Shown here piece by piece: positions 19,393 through 28,626 of a DNA stretch of 64,000 nucleotides. The translations under genes and the position numbers were made by a program. Each line of letters begins with the position of its first letter. The first letter of the stretch is position 1. The notes under the pieces are model-generated. The model was not told where the DNA came from and ran no database searches. It saw nothing but the letters and a program-made list of their open reading frames with translations. Source of the stretch: Deltaproteobacteria bacterium (GTDB taxonomy: Bacteria; Desulfobacterota; DSM-4660; Desulfatiglandales; B25-G16); the NCBI GenBank assembly GCA_020349945.1, contig CP070704.1, forward strand, positions 1,993,749 through 2,057,748, in the 5' to 3' direction.

Positions 19393-19448
19393 AGTGACTC
19401 CTTTCTAACATAACGTAGAACCTAACACCAAACCTGGTTTCCCTCTTT

Positions 19449-20324
19449 TTACCGCGATCTCTTATGGCTTTTTGTTTTTCCCCGTTGGTGGGCAGTTTTG
19501 GGTGCGGGCACCTTTTTTCCCGAAGGATGCGGCGATTCTTGGTTGCGGTGCCTCCATGTATAAACCAGTAAATAGACGCCGGTCAGGAAAAACGGAATGC
19601 TCAGATACTGCCCCATCGTTAAGGACGAGTCGGAGGTCAGGGCCTGATATTCCTTGACAAATTCCACGAGAAACCGGCAGAGGAAATAAGACACGAGGAA
19701 AACACCAGCTAAAAGTGCTGGCGGCCGTTTCTTGCCGAGCTTGCGGTCCAGCAGAATCAATCCAGCAAGGATAGCCAGGCCGAAGGAGGCCTCGTAGAGC
19801 TGGCTCGGGTGCCGACAATACGTCCCTTCGTCCCGAAAGCGCACGAAGTGTACGCACCAAGGCAGGTCTGTAATGCGACCCACGATCTCACTGTTTATGA
19901 AGTTGCCAATCCGCATAAAGGTCGCAATAAGGGCAGAGACAAAGGCGTTGCTGTCTAGAACGATATGCCATGGGATCTTCTTGATGTGAGCGTAGAGAAA
20001 GATCGCGATGAGCATACCGACAGCAGCCCCGTGGCTCGACAGCCCTCCTCTCCAAATCCTTACGATCGAAACCGGGTCGGCGATAAAATATGCGGGCTCA
20101 TAGAAGAAGCAGTGTCCCAGTCTTGCACCGACAATCCCTAAGATCCCGATATAGTAAGGGAAAATGATGATCACAGCTTGGTCATAGCCGGCCTTGCGCA
20201 TCTGCCACTGCCAGAGGTAATATCCTATCACCAGTGCGGAAGCGAAAAGGAGGCCATAATAGCGAATCTGCAGTGGCCCCACAGCCAGTATCGCTGGATC
20301 AGTATCCCAGACAAATCCTTCCAT
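19449..20324 (-). CDS. lgt: Prolipoprotein diacylglyceryl transferase
   Basis: GPLQIRYYGLLFASALVIGYY, RGGLSSHGA and HPSQLYEA, followed by a basic C-terminal tail. The gene is GC-rich (one 60-nt line counted at 37/60 G+C). Confidence 0.85.
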   Translation of the reverse strand: MEGFVWDTDPAILAVGPLQIRYYGLLFASALVIGYYLWQWQMRKAGYDQAVIIIFPYYIGILGIVGARLGHCFFYEPAYFIADPVSIVRIWRGGLSSHGAAVGMLIAIFLYAHIKKIPWHIVLDSNAFVSALIATFMRIGNFINSEIVGRITDLPWCVHFVRFRDEGTYCRHPSQLYEASFGLAILAGLILLDRKLGKKRPPALLAGVFLVSYFLCRFLVEFVKEYQALTSDSSLTMGQYLSIPFFLTGVYLLVYTWRHRNQESPHPSGKKVPAPKTAHQRGKTKSHKRSR

Positions 20325-20682
20325 CGCGTCTTGCTGCTCCTCGATATCCTCGGCTAGGGTGGCAACATACCATCCAACACGTCCTTAAGAAAGGTCAGCA
20401 CGTTTTGTTGTTTTGAGCTGGTGCTCGAAGCAGTGGATATATACCGTCTCCTGGCATGATACTTTCTGATATTAGGCGAAGAGTCAGGATATACCATCGT
20501 CAGGGTTGTTCTCATCTGCCTGGCTTATATCGTATCCGCTGCAAAGACATAGGAGGCTGATCAGATATTTATCATTAAATGAGGGCATTTGCAAAAAGGA
20601 TTGAAGGAAAGGGAGGGCAGAAAAATTGCAGTCTAGACTGTGGGGTCCATTATAATATGCTGCAACCAAGGCCCATTTTTAG

Positions 20683-20913
20683 AACCGGCCTGTATCCCTT
20701 GGGGATCCTTTTGGTGGGATTTCTTTTCCAGTTATAACCTGGATTCAGGCCTTTCCCTTCGGTGCAGAGAATTTTAATGAGGAGTACATTCTTGAGCAAC
20801 TCCGAGCTTTAAATCAGTCAGAGTCCCGGGGATGGCTTCTCTGGAACACGGGGAACGCTTATGATGTTGCCTGGAAGACCTTGGCCCTGTGGAACAAGAG
20901 GATGTTGAAATGA
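20683..20913 (+). pseudogene. C-terminal remnant of a DUF4015-like putative glycoside hydrolase
   Basis: A start-less open frame reads ...ISFPVITWIQAFPFGAENFNEEYILEQLRALNQSESRGWLLWNTGNAYDVAWKTL...*. The W.Q.F......Y.....QI.A......GW.LWN..N.Y pattern matches the family C-terminus as I recall it. Confidence 0.45.
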
Positions 20914-20986
20914 ACAAGGGCCAGAGGGTAACGGATATTCATCTGCAATGTACTGAGCACTTTTGCTCTTTGCAGCAATTGAGAGA

Positions 20987-21832
20987 CTATCCGGAAACAC
21001 GATAGTAGATGCTGGAGGCAGTTGCCCAAACCAGCACCATCACTGTCACAATCACACAGATACCTGCAAGGATCTTGTGAAAAAGACTTTCCCTCTTTCT
21101 CTCCTGATACCCGAGAAAGAAGCCAAGAACCACGCCGGCACAGATTCCCCCTCCGTGGCCCCAGTTGTTGACACCTGGCATCAAAAGGCCGAAGAGAAGG
21201 AGCCCAAATGCCCAGCCGCCAATCTGTCTAAAGATGGCCTGTCCATACGTTCCTCCCCGGCTCTTACCATAGTAGAGGGTGGCACCAATCAGGGCGCATA
21301 TTGCGGCGGAGGCACCTATGGTGAAGCTTACGCCTGCCAGGTAAGAGACTAGAAAACCAAGCACGCCACCCAGGGTGTAAAGGATAATCATTCTATTAAT
21401 CCCGTATTCGAGAAGGGCAAGGGGAGCTATGTGTCTAAAGGCGACCATATTGAACAAGATGTGGAAAATCCCACCATGAAGGTAATTGGCGGAGACAATG
21501 GTCCACCAACGATCCAAACGGTCAATGGGAATAGTTCCCGTCGCCCCCAGAAGGAGAAGGCTTTTATTTGAGGGAGACAAGACGGAGAAGGGGTTTAGTG
21601 AAAAACTGGATGCTAAAGGATTAAGCAGGAGAGAGAGCACATACATGCCGAGGTTGACATAGATTATGGTTCTAATGAGTTGGTCAGTACCCAGGAATGC
21701 CCGGGTCAATGCATTATTCTTCCACCATGATCCAGGACGAGCTATACCGCAGTGCGGGCAACGAGATTCATCCGCGCTGATCAGTTTCCTGCAGTTCGGG
21801 CAAAGGATTGAGCTTCTCTGGTTACTTGGCAT
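20987..21832 (-). CDS. Rhomboid-family intramembrane serine protease with an N-terminal zinc ribbon
   Basis: CPNCRK...CPHCG ribbon, HGGIFHILFNM (HxxxN) and GASAAICALIGA (GxSxxxF-type catalytic Ser). Confidence 0.85.
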   Translation of the reverse strand: MPSNQRSSILCPNCRKLISADESRCPHCGIARPGSWWKNNALTRAFLGTDQLIRTIIYVNLGMYVLSLLLNPLASSFSLNPFSVLSPSNKSLLLLGATGTIPIDRLDRWWTIVSANYLHGGIFHILFNMVAFRHIAPLALLEYGINRMIILYTLGGVLGFLVSYLAGVSFTIGASAAICALIGATLYYGKSRGGTYGQAIFRQIGGWAFGLLLFGLLMPGVNNWGHGGGICAGVVLGFFLGYQERKRESLFHKILAGICVIVTVMVLVWATASSIYYRVSG

Positions 21833-22076
21833 GACTCAACCTGTGCAGAGGGAACAGGAGCTTTGTCTTGATTGTCTGATACCATTGCATTTCAGCTTTG
21901 TAAAGGAATACCTTCCAACAGGTGGTACTGCAACGAAAGCCGGCGCTCATATCAGCAAGATTAGGATGCTGTTCTTTCAATTGCATATAAAAAAGTATCC
22001 CAATATAGACTGTTGCGCCTTGCACGGGCAGGCCTATTGGGTGTACAAGACTGCAAAGCTTGTACATTGGCCTCCT

Positions 22077-22400
22077 AAGCTGGGTAACTGCGTCCAGGCC
22101 AGTGCTGCCAGTTACGCCTGACTGCATGGAGTGGGTTAATTCAGGATCAACCACAGCCAGACGGGGCAGCATCAATGGACTGCGCATACTTACCTTGACA
22201 TGATGTTCAGGTGAGCCCAATACCGCGTTGCGCGTGACCTCAGCACCTGTGTCGGCCGTGGCTGGAATGGCGATGTAGGGTGCAGCACTGTGTGTCAGTT
22301 GTGGGCTCCGCGGGCACCTCTCGGCAGCTCGCGGTGCAACCTCCTGTATTGTGCCCGGGACAAAAATGATGCGTGTAGCAGTGGCAAATTCATATCGCAT
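22077..22400 (-). pseudogene. Iron-containing alcohol dehydrogenase remnant (internal deletion plus lost C-terminus)
   Basis: MRYEFATATRIIFVPGTIQEV (the Fe-ADH N-terminus) is joined almost directly to PYIAIPATADTGAEVTRNAVL...LAVVDPELTHSMQSGVTGSTGLDAVTQL (the P.IAIPTTAGTGSE.T / DP.L / TG.DA motifs). About 130 aa are missing between them. After LDAVTQL the frame degenerates and runs into the rhomboid start. Confidence 0.65.
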
Positions 22401-22416
22401 GACCCCCTCTAACTTC

Positions 22417-22725
22417 TTAATCCCAACCCTGCTCATCGGGGAATACATTGGTGTATTTGATACTGCTGCGTGGCTTGGCCATCATGCCGGCCACGGCATC
22501 TCGCCATTTCTGATAGTGCGCTGTTTCTCTATGTCGGGCCGGGTCATCAGGCGTGCGATACACCTCGACAAGTACAAAGCGAGCTTGGTCATCTTGTTGT
22601 TGGATGACATCGAAGCGGGCGACGCCAGGCTCCTGCTTGCTGTTGTGGGCGTTCTCCAAAGTGGCGGCCTTAAAGGTTTCAATGTGCTCAGGCTTCACAT
22701 GCACGAAAACATGGACAATAAACAT
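22417..22725 (-). CDS. Antibiotic-biosynthesis-monooxygenase (ABM) domain protein (YgiN/LsrG-like)
   Basis: 102 aa. [22 protein letters not shown]...[10 protein letters not shown]...D...F.LVEVY....A...H..T.HY..W is typical of the ABM ferredoxin-like fold. Confidence 0.75.
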   Translation of the reverse strand: MFIVHVFVHVKPEHIETFKAATLENAHNSKQEPGVARFDVIQQQDDQARFVLVEVYRTPDDPARHRETAHYQKWRDAVAGMMAKPRSSIKYTNVFPDEQGWD

Positions 22726-23193
22726 AGTATCCTCCTTATCTTGGAAGAGAAGATCTCAATAGATCATTTTATCAACCTTGGGAACACAACTCAAATAGAA
22801 TGCATACAGGGTTTTGCTCTCGTAGGTCCACACGCCAGGGCCTTCGCCACTGAGCCCTTTTAAGGCCGTATCTTGTGATAATCCTGATACCATGCGCTCG
22901 GATATTGGATTTTCAATGGTCCGGCCATAAGCTTTGGTTACTCCAGCCGCCTATATGAGTCGCCTGCCGACTTGACCCTTTACTGGGGCCGGAGAAAACC
23001 GAACCTGCGGTTTAATGGGGAGAATGAGGAATAGGGGATGGTTGAGATGGTGAGGTACTGTGCCAGTTTACTGCTGGACCCCAACTCATCATACATTGCG
23101 GGTTCAGAAGAGACTCTGGGATTGGAACGGTTTTTGGGCGCACAAACTCCTCCCTCCGTGTAATTTATCCCTTCAGAAAGGCCTTATAAATGC

Positions 23194-24009
23194 CTAACGA
23201 GTCGGCATTAGATTAACCCTTCGGTTCTTGGCCTGTCCTTCAGGTGCGGTGTTAGGTGCCAGTGGTTCTGAGGAGCCGAGCCCCACAGAGCTAAGCCGAT
23301 CCCGTGCTATGCCTTGATTGACCAGATACTCTATTACGGAGTGTGCGCGTTTCTTGGAGAGAATCTGGCTATCCGCTGCAGAAACCCGGTTGTCTGTATG
23401 ACCCTGAATCTCCATTTTTAGGTTGGGATTTGTCTTCAAGACAGCCCCAACTTCGTCTAAGATTGGGTAGTCGCTGGCTTTTATATCCCACTTACCCGTA
23501 TCAAAATAGATTTCTCCAAGCACCCAGCACCCCTTTTCGTCAACCTTTGCGCCCTTAGGCGTCCCCAGGCATTCGTCCTTGAAGTCGGGAACCCCGTCAC
23601 GATCAACATCAAACCCTGACAGCTTACCATCATCGTGCACCTCTTGACAGCACACAAAATGGGTACTGGGTCCCATATCGACCTCTACAGGACAACCCTT
23701 GGCATCCACTTTGGCAGTCATGGGAGTATCCGGGCATTGATCCAGATAGTCATCCACACCGTCCCCGTCCGTATCCGGTGGGCAGCCCAGGTCACCCACC
23801 TTTACACCCTGAGGGGTATCCGGGCATACATCCAGATCATCAGGCACACCGTCACCATCGCTGTCGACCTTATGCGCATACTCACCGGCTTCTGTTCCAT
23901 GGTTCAGATCAGCGGCATAAGACCTCGCCATCTGTTTTTGGATGGCAAAACTGAAAAGCAAAACACTGATGCTTACCAAAAATAGAGCCTTTAGGTAACA
24001 CCTTCTCAT
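23194..24009 (-). CDS. OmpA-family protein with thrombospondin type-3 calcium-binding repeats
   Basis: Signal peptide, repeated D.DGDGV.D..D.CPDTP units, and a C-terminal OmpA-like domain (IQGHTDN...S.KRA..V..YL...GI...RL...G.G...P...N......NRRV). Confidence 0.85.
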   Translation of the reverse strand: MRRCYLKALFLVSISVLLFSFAIQKQMARSYAADLNHGTEAGEYAHKVDSDGDGVPDDLDVCPDTPQGVKVGDLGCPPDTDGDGVDDYLDQCPDTPMTAKVDAKGCPVEVDMGPSTHFVCCQEVHDDGKLSGFDVDRDGVPDFKDECLGTPKGAKVDEKGCWVLGEIYFDTGKWDIKASDYPILDEVGAVLKTNPNLKMEIQGHTDNRVSAADSQILSKKRAHSVIEYLVNQGIARDRLSSVGLGSSEPLAPNTAPEGQAKNRRVNLMPTR

Positions 24010-24098
24010 GATATCACCTCCGTGCTATTCATTATATTTTCTAAAAATGCGTCTGTGACGGTACTATGGATTAAAGAATAACTTCCAAAGTCCCCCAT

Positions 24099-24641
24099 TT
24101 AATCATGGCTATGGCCCTGCAAAACACCTCTGAACAACAGATACATGCCCAAGCTAAGCAAAGCAGAGTCACGAAAGAGGTACCATGTGGTTGCTGGATT
24201 CCCGGCCATATTGGTGCTGAAACAGCCGCAGTGGATATCCAGTCCCCGTGCTATGTTAAATACCAGGGCACCAAGAAACGCAGCCAGAAGAAGGTTGCCC
24301 AGAATAATGGATCCGGAAAACAACAGGCCAGAAACAAGGAGAAGACCCAAGACGAGTTCCAACCATGGCAAGGTAATGGCTGAGAGGTTGATGACTTCAT
24401 TCGGAAGGATTTGATAATTGTGCACTATCTGGGCGAAAGCAGCGGGGTGCAGGATTTTATCCACGCTAGCCAGGATAAAAATTATCCCCAAAAGCAGGCG
24501 GCCGCAAAAGAAGACCGGTTTATTCAGGAGAAACAGCTTATCCTTTTTGGCATTGTTTTTTTTGATAGTGGACACAATCTCCTTCCCATCATTTAGCTTG
24601 TTGTTTTCTCTCCCTCTATGGGCAGATGGTCCTGCTGCCAA
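24099..24641 (-). CDS. DoxX/MauE-family membrane protein
   Basis: LLLGIIFILASVDKILHPAAFAQIVHNYQILP plus four predicted TM segments. The annotated start overlaps the upstream rhodanese gene by 49 nt, so the true start is uncertain (an internal GTG is possible). Confidence 0.65.
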   Translation of the reverse strand: MAAGPSAHRGRENNKLNDGKEIVSTIKKNNAKKDKLFLLNKPVFFCGRLLLGIIFILASVDKILHPAAFAQIVHNYQILPNEVINLSAITLPWLELVLGLLLVSGLLFSGSIILGNLLLAAFLGALVFNIARGLDIHCGCFSTNMAGNPATTWYLFRDSALLSLGMYLLFRGVLQGHSHD

Positions 24642-25102
24642 AGCATCCAGCCATTAACCAGCACCCGGACATTCCTATAGCCTTTTTCAAACAACAGGAG
24701 GGCCAGATCCTCGCTCAAACTACAGCTTTCTTCATCACAATAGGTAATGATCAAAGTCTCCGAGGAGATATCTGCCATCACCTCTGAAAAACGCTCTTCA
24801 ACCTTTTCCCATGGCAAACTACGAGCCCCCTCGATGTGGGCCAGTTCATAGAGTTCCTGAGAGCGGGCATCCAGGAAGATCGCCGACTGAGTAAAGAAAT
24901 ATTCTTCAGCTTCCTCAAGAGATATCATCATGCCCTCCCCGAAATCTGGGGTCAATTGCGTTCTTCCAGACCAATCACCCATAAGGGGCAATCTGTTGGG
25001 ACGGAACTGATTGAAGGCAAGTGCAGTGATCAGGGCAATCGAGAGGATCGCAACGCTTTGCCACATAGCTTGGAACCATTTTTGGTTACTTTTTAATGAC
25101 AT
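24593..25102 (-). CDS. Membrane-anchored rhodanese-domain protein
   Basis: An N-terminal TM helix, then FLDARSQELYELAHIEGARSLPW and the active-site loop ITYCDEESCSLSEDLA. Confidence 0.75.
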   Translation of the reverse strand: MSLKSNQKWFQAMWQSVAILSIALITALAFNQFRPNRLPLMGDWSGRTQLTPDFGEGMMISLEEAEEYFFTQSAIFLDARSQELYELAHIEGARSLPWEKVEERFSEVMADISSETLIITYCDEESCSLSEDLALLLFEKGYRNVRVLVNGWMLWQQDHLPIEGEKTTS

Positions 25103-25204
25103 ATTTCAGAGTGATTTTCCATCTGGGTTTTCTCTGTTTATGGGTTATTGCCACATTTCTACTTCTAGTTCCGGTACAATTATCACCTCCATTTTACGCT
25201 CCAT

Positions 25205-25411
25205 TTATCTATTCTTAAACCCCTCCACCGGATCTCCAAGGGTGTCAAGGTGGCACTTGAGTCGATTTTGCTGTCCCTTGGCAATTTTGTTATATACTGC
25301 ACGTTTAAGGAATGTAAGCGCCTCAGCCTCGTTCTGGTCAATGATGATTTCCTCCAGTTTCATCAGCTCTTTCTCATCAAAGGCGATTGCGGTTTTCTTC
25401 AGCTCTAACAT
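25205..25411 (-). CDS. Small hypothetical protein (68 aa)
   Basis: MLELKKTAIAFDEKELMKLEEIIIDQNEAEALTFLKRAVYNKIAKGQQNRLKCHLD..., preceded by GGGGAGGG 3 nt upstream of ATG 25411. The longer ORF-track start (25477) lacks an RBS. No family recognised. Confidence 0.4.
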   Translation of the reverse strand: MLELKKTAIAFDEKELMKLEEIIIDQNEAEALTFLKRAVYNKIAKGQQNRLKCHLDTLGDPVEGFKNR

Positions 25412-25659
25412 TTTCCCTCCCCATCCCCTGATGCGGTTATGGCGATCTTTCTGTGATACAGAGTGATTGGTTTGCAATCTGGATAAAGGTGTCTCTGCTA
25501 GGGTTTATCCTTGAAATATCTTCAAGTACTAGGAGACTGGTTTCCTATGAATTACATTGTCATAATAGCTCCTGCCTATTTCCAAAACCAGTTCCGCCCC
25601 CTGCAAGGAGCTTCTTTCCATGCTAGTTTGCGGTATGCTCCTAATCCCATGGTTTGTTA

Positions 25660-26352
25660 TTAAAGCCAATGCAATAGATATCTTAAGCAATAGTATATAC
25701 CTGCAAGAATGAACACTATGGCGGTTATTTTTCTTGCCCATAGTTCAAAGGTAGCGATCTTGTGATAAGCCTTGCCCACCAGCTGGCTCGATAACGCCAG
25801 CAAAAAGGCAAAACCCAAAACAGGTACGGCTGATCCAATACCATAGACAGACGGCATTATGATTCTTGAGCCATGGCTCATGGCAAGGGAAAAGAGGCTT
25901 CCAAAAAAAAGGGCCGCAGAAACAGGGCAGAAGGAAAGTGCAAAAACGATCCCCAAGAGTCCAGCACCCCAGATGCCAGTTTTTTGTGCACGAACCTGCA
26001 AGGTCTCCCCAAAAGGCCCGATACCTCCCGCAGTAATCTTAATGATATCGAGCAAAATAATCCCAATGATAATAAGTACAGGTCCGAGAAGAATATTCAT
26101 GTATTTCTGAAGAAAATTTGCCACAATCGGTATCGACTGTGCACTTGATACCAGCGATGCCCCTAACACAACATACGTAATCATCCTGCCACACATATAC
26201 AGGAGCCCGGACGATAATACATATCCTACCCTGTCCACCCTCCTGCCGATATACGTAATAGCGGCTATATTCGTTGCAAGCGGGCACGGGCTTATTGAGG
26301 TCAGGATTCCAAACCAGAGGGCCATTCCCATGCCGATGGTAAATGAACTCAT
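25660..26352 (-). CDS. CcdA/DsbD-like polytopic membrane protein (ArsG-family-like permease)
   Basis: 230 aa, about 6 TM segments, with the N-terminal motif LTSISPCPLATNIAAI (Cys-Pro in TM1). Its start overlaps the upstream gene's stop (ATGA). Confidence 0.6.
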   Translation of the reverse strand: MSSFTIGMGMALWFGILTSISPCPLATNIAAITYIGRRVDRVGYVLSSGLLYMCGRMITYVVLGASLVSSAQSIPIVANFLQKYMNILLGPVLIIIGIILLDIIKITAGGIGPFGETLQVRAQKTGIWGAGLLGIVFALSFCPVSAALFFGSLFSLAMSHGSRIIMPSVYGIGSAVPVLGFAFLLALSSQLVGKAYHKIATFELWARKITAIVFILAGIYYCLRYLLHWL

Positions 26353-26867
26353 GATTCTTTTCCTTCCAAATATACTTTGACCTCTTTTTGGACATATCTC
26401 TTGAGTGCCTCATCGTTACGGACGAGTTCCCAGACCCGTAGCAGGTTTTTCCATCGTTCCTGCTTGCCCTGTTTTAGATCAGAAACAATCACTGATCTTG
26501 TATACAGACGGTAATCTCTGATAAAGTGATTATTTTTCGGTTCTTCTACATTTATTACCTTCATTTCTACAGCCCCATTTTTCATCTCCTCCCCGAATTC
26601 CTCCTTGACGGCTTGCTTTGTTAGTTGCTCAATTCGCTTACATGTGAAACAGCGCACGTTTCCATGAAAGTAGAAGACGATGACCTTATGGTCTTTCTTA
26701 TAGGGTGTCTGATTGTCTTTTACCTTTTTTTCCGAGTTGTGTTTATCAGCATTAATCTTTAATGATGGTTCTGCGCTCCAAGAGCACTCCTGCGTCAGCA
26801 TCACAAGCGAAATGATAGCCATACACACTATTCCTATGGCCAATCTATGGTGCTTCATGTAATCCAT
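26349..26867 (-). CDS. Membrane-anchored thioredoxin-fold protein (ArsF-family-like)
   Basis: Signal/anchor sequence, then VIVFYFHGNVRCFTCKRIEQLTKQAV...MKVINVEEPKNNHFIRDYRLYTRSVIVS (CxxC in a Trx-like fold). Start refined to ATG 26867, preceded by GGAAAGGAGAA. The ORF-track start at 27011 would overlap the upstream gene. Confidence 0.6.
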   Translation of the reverse strand: MDYMKHHRLAIGIVCMAIISLVMLTQECSWSAEPSLKINADKHNSEKKVKDNQTPYKKDHKVIVFYFHGNVRCFTCKRIEQLTKQAVKEEFGEEMKNGAVEMKVINVEEPKNNHFIRDYRLYTRSVIVSDLKQGKQERWKNLLRVWELVRNDEALKRYVQKEVKVYLEGKES

Positions 26868-26937
26868 ATTTGCTGTTCTCCTTTCCATCCGGTGCACGAC
26901 AATCTTTTGACATTCCACCCCTCGTGTCGCTATAAAG

Positions 26938-27171
26938 TCATTTTGTAAGCCAGGCCTTGATCTCTTCCTTGTTCGGAATCCTGCCGACGCTCTTGATCTC
27001 GCCGTCAACAATCACAGCCGGCGTCCCAAATGCCCCGGACCTGGCAATCTCCATGATATCGGAGACTTTGTGTACCTTGGCATCTACACCTGCCTCGGCA
27101 ACCGCCTCCTTGACATTCTTTTCCGTCTTTTGACACCTGGGACACCCTGGACCCAATACCTTAATTTCCAT
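26938..27171 (-). CDS. Thioredoxin-like 'redox-active disulfide protein 2' (MTH895/TM0996 family)
   Basis: 77 aa. MEIKVLGPGCPRCQKTEKNV...TPAVIVDGEIKSVGRIP, preceded by an AAGGAGG RBS. Confidence 0.8.
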   Translation of the reverse strand: MEIKVLGPGCPRCQKTEKNVKEAVAEAGVDAKVHKVSDIMEIARSGAFGTPAVIVDGEIKSVGRIPNKEEIKAWLTK

Positions 27172-27217
27172 TTTTTCCTCCTTTGGCCTCTACTCCCTGT
27201 ATCATAGGATATTTCCC

Positions 27218-28261
27218 TTAGAAGAATCTTTTTCTAAATTTGAATGCCACATTTACAAGGCTTATAAGAACGGGAACTTCTATAAGTGGGCCGATAACCG
27301 TTGCAAATGCTTGATTGGATGCTATACCAAATATCGCCACAGCTACGGCTATTGCTAATTCAAAATCGTTGCTTGCCGCAGTAAAAGAGACGGCTGTAGT
27401 CTGTGGATAATTCGCACCCATGTTCTTTGCTATTAAGAAAGTTGCAAACCACATGAGGAGGAAATAGATGGCAAGTGGTATCGCTACCCTCACCACATGC
27501 ATAGGCAATTCTATAATGTATTCACCTTTTAGGGAGAACATAACAATGATGGTAAATAACAATGCAATGAGTGTAATAGGGCTTATCTTAGGTGCAAACA
27601 CATTTTCATACCATTCTTTACCTTTTGACTTTATTAAAGTGAACCGTGTGGTTATGCCAGCGATGAACGGTATCCCCAAGTAAATGAAGACAGTTTTAGC
27701 AGCCTCCATTATCGAGACATTGATATTCAATCCTTCAACAAGCCCGAGCCAATTAAGCAAGAAGGTTATAAAGATGTAGATGTAGACCGCATAAAATAAG
27801 ACCTGAAAAACAGCATTAAAACCAACTAAACCCACTGCCAGCTCTCTATCCCCCTCAGCAAGTTCATTCCATACAATGACCATTGCAATGCAGCGGGCAA
27901 GCCCAACTAAGATAACGCCTATCATATATTCTGGATAACTACGGAGAAATATTATTGCCAGGATAAACATAAGAATTGGCCCAATTATCCAGTTCAGGAG
28001 CAATGAGAGGGCAAGAAGTTTTTTGTTATGGAATACTTTCCCTATCTCTTCGTATCTTACTTTGGCTAAGGGGGGATACATCATTAATATTAAGCCAATA
28101 GCAATAGGAATAGAGGTTGTACCCACCTGAAGGCCTGCAATAAGCTTAGTTATGGCTGGGGAAACATACCCCATCCCTACTCCTATACCCATTGCTATAA
28201 ATATCCACAGCGTTAAGAACTTATCCAATACCGAAAGCTTTCTCTCTTTCGTATCCGTCAT
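27218..28261 (-). CDS. acr3: ACR3-family arsenite efflux transporter
   Basis: [25 protein letters not shown]-terminus, 10-TM architecture, and the [15 protein letters not shown] motif. Start refined to ATG 28261 (GAAGGGGG upstream). Confidence 0.85.
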   Translation of the reverse strand: MTDTKERKLSVLDKFLTLWIFIAMGIGVGMGYVSPAITKLIAGLQVGTTSIPIAIGLILMMYPPLAKVRYEEIGKVFHNKKLLALSLLLNWIIGPILMFILAIIFLRSYPEYMIGVILVGLARCIAMVIVWNELAEGDRELAVGLVGFNAVFQVLFYAVYIYIFITFLLNWLGLVEGLNINVSIMEAAKTVFIYLGIPFIAGITTRFTLIKSKGKEWYENVFAPKISPITLIALLFTIIVMFSLKGEYIIELPMHVVRVAIPLAIYFLLMWFATFLIAKNMGANYPQTTAVSFTAASNDFELAIAVAVAIFGIASNQAFATVIGPLIEVPVLISLVNVAFKFRKRFF

Positions 28262-28334
28262 TTTTGCACTGCCCCCTTCATACATTCGCCCGCGATTTTC
28301 ATAGAACGTCTTTCAGAGTTAAGACATTTGTGAA

Positions 28335-28354
28335 CCGAAGCACGCGTGCTTCGG
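28335..28354. other. Perfect 20-nt palindrome (stem-loop) inside the ars operon
   Basis: CCGAAGCACGCGTGCTTCGG lies between the Trx-like gene stop (28365) and the acr3 start (28261). It reads the same on both strands. Confidence 0.7.
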
Positions 28355-28364
28355 CCGGACTGTG

Positions 28365-28613
28365 TTAATCAGGCTCGCTGGCACCAGTCAGAATCTTTTT
28401 CAACTCCTCAACCGTTGGGACTTTCCCCGATGTCACGATCTCACCATCCACGATCACCGCTGGCGTTATCCTGACGCCAAGCCTTGCATATTCTTTCACA
28501 TCATAGACATGCGAAATGTCAGCAGCGAGGCCCAGTTCAGAACAGGCATTGATCACATTCTTTTCTGTTGTCTGACATCTTGGGCAGCCAGGTCCTGCAA
28601 CTCGTATCTTCAT
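28365..28613 (-). CDS. Thioredoxin-like 'redox-active disulfide protein 2', second paralog
   Basis: MKIRVAGPGCPRCQTTEKNV...TPAVIVDGEIVTSGKVP. Start refined to ATG 28613 (AAGGAGG 8 nt upstream). The longer start would overlap the permease gene. Confidence 0.8.
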   Translation of the reverse strand: MKIRVAGPGCPRCQTTEKNVINACSELGLAADISHVYDVKEYARLGVRITPAVIVDGEIVTSGKVPTVEELKKILTGASEPD

Positions 28614-28626
28614 AGCCTTTACCTCC

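Noticed and set aside
19462-19860. A 132-aa same-strand ORF overlapping lgt in another frame
   Set aside because: It is an Arg/Pro/Gly-rich translation typical of an alternative frame in a GC-rich gene, whereas the lgt frame carries the conserved motifs.
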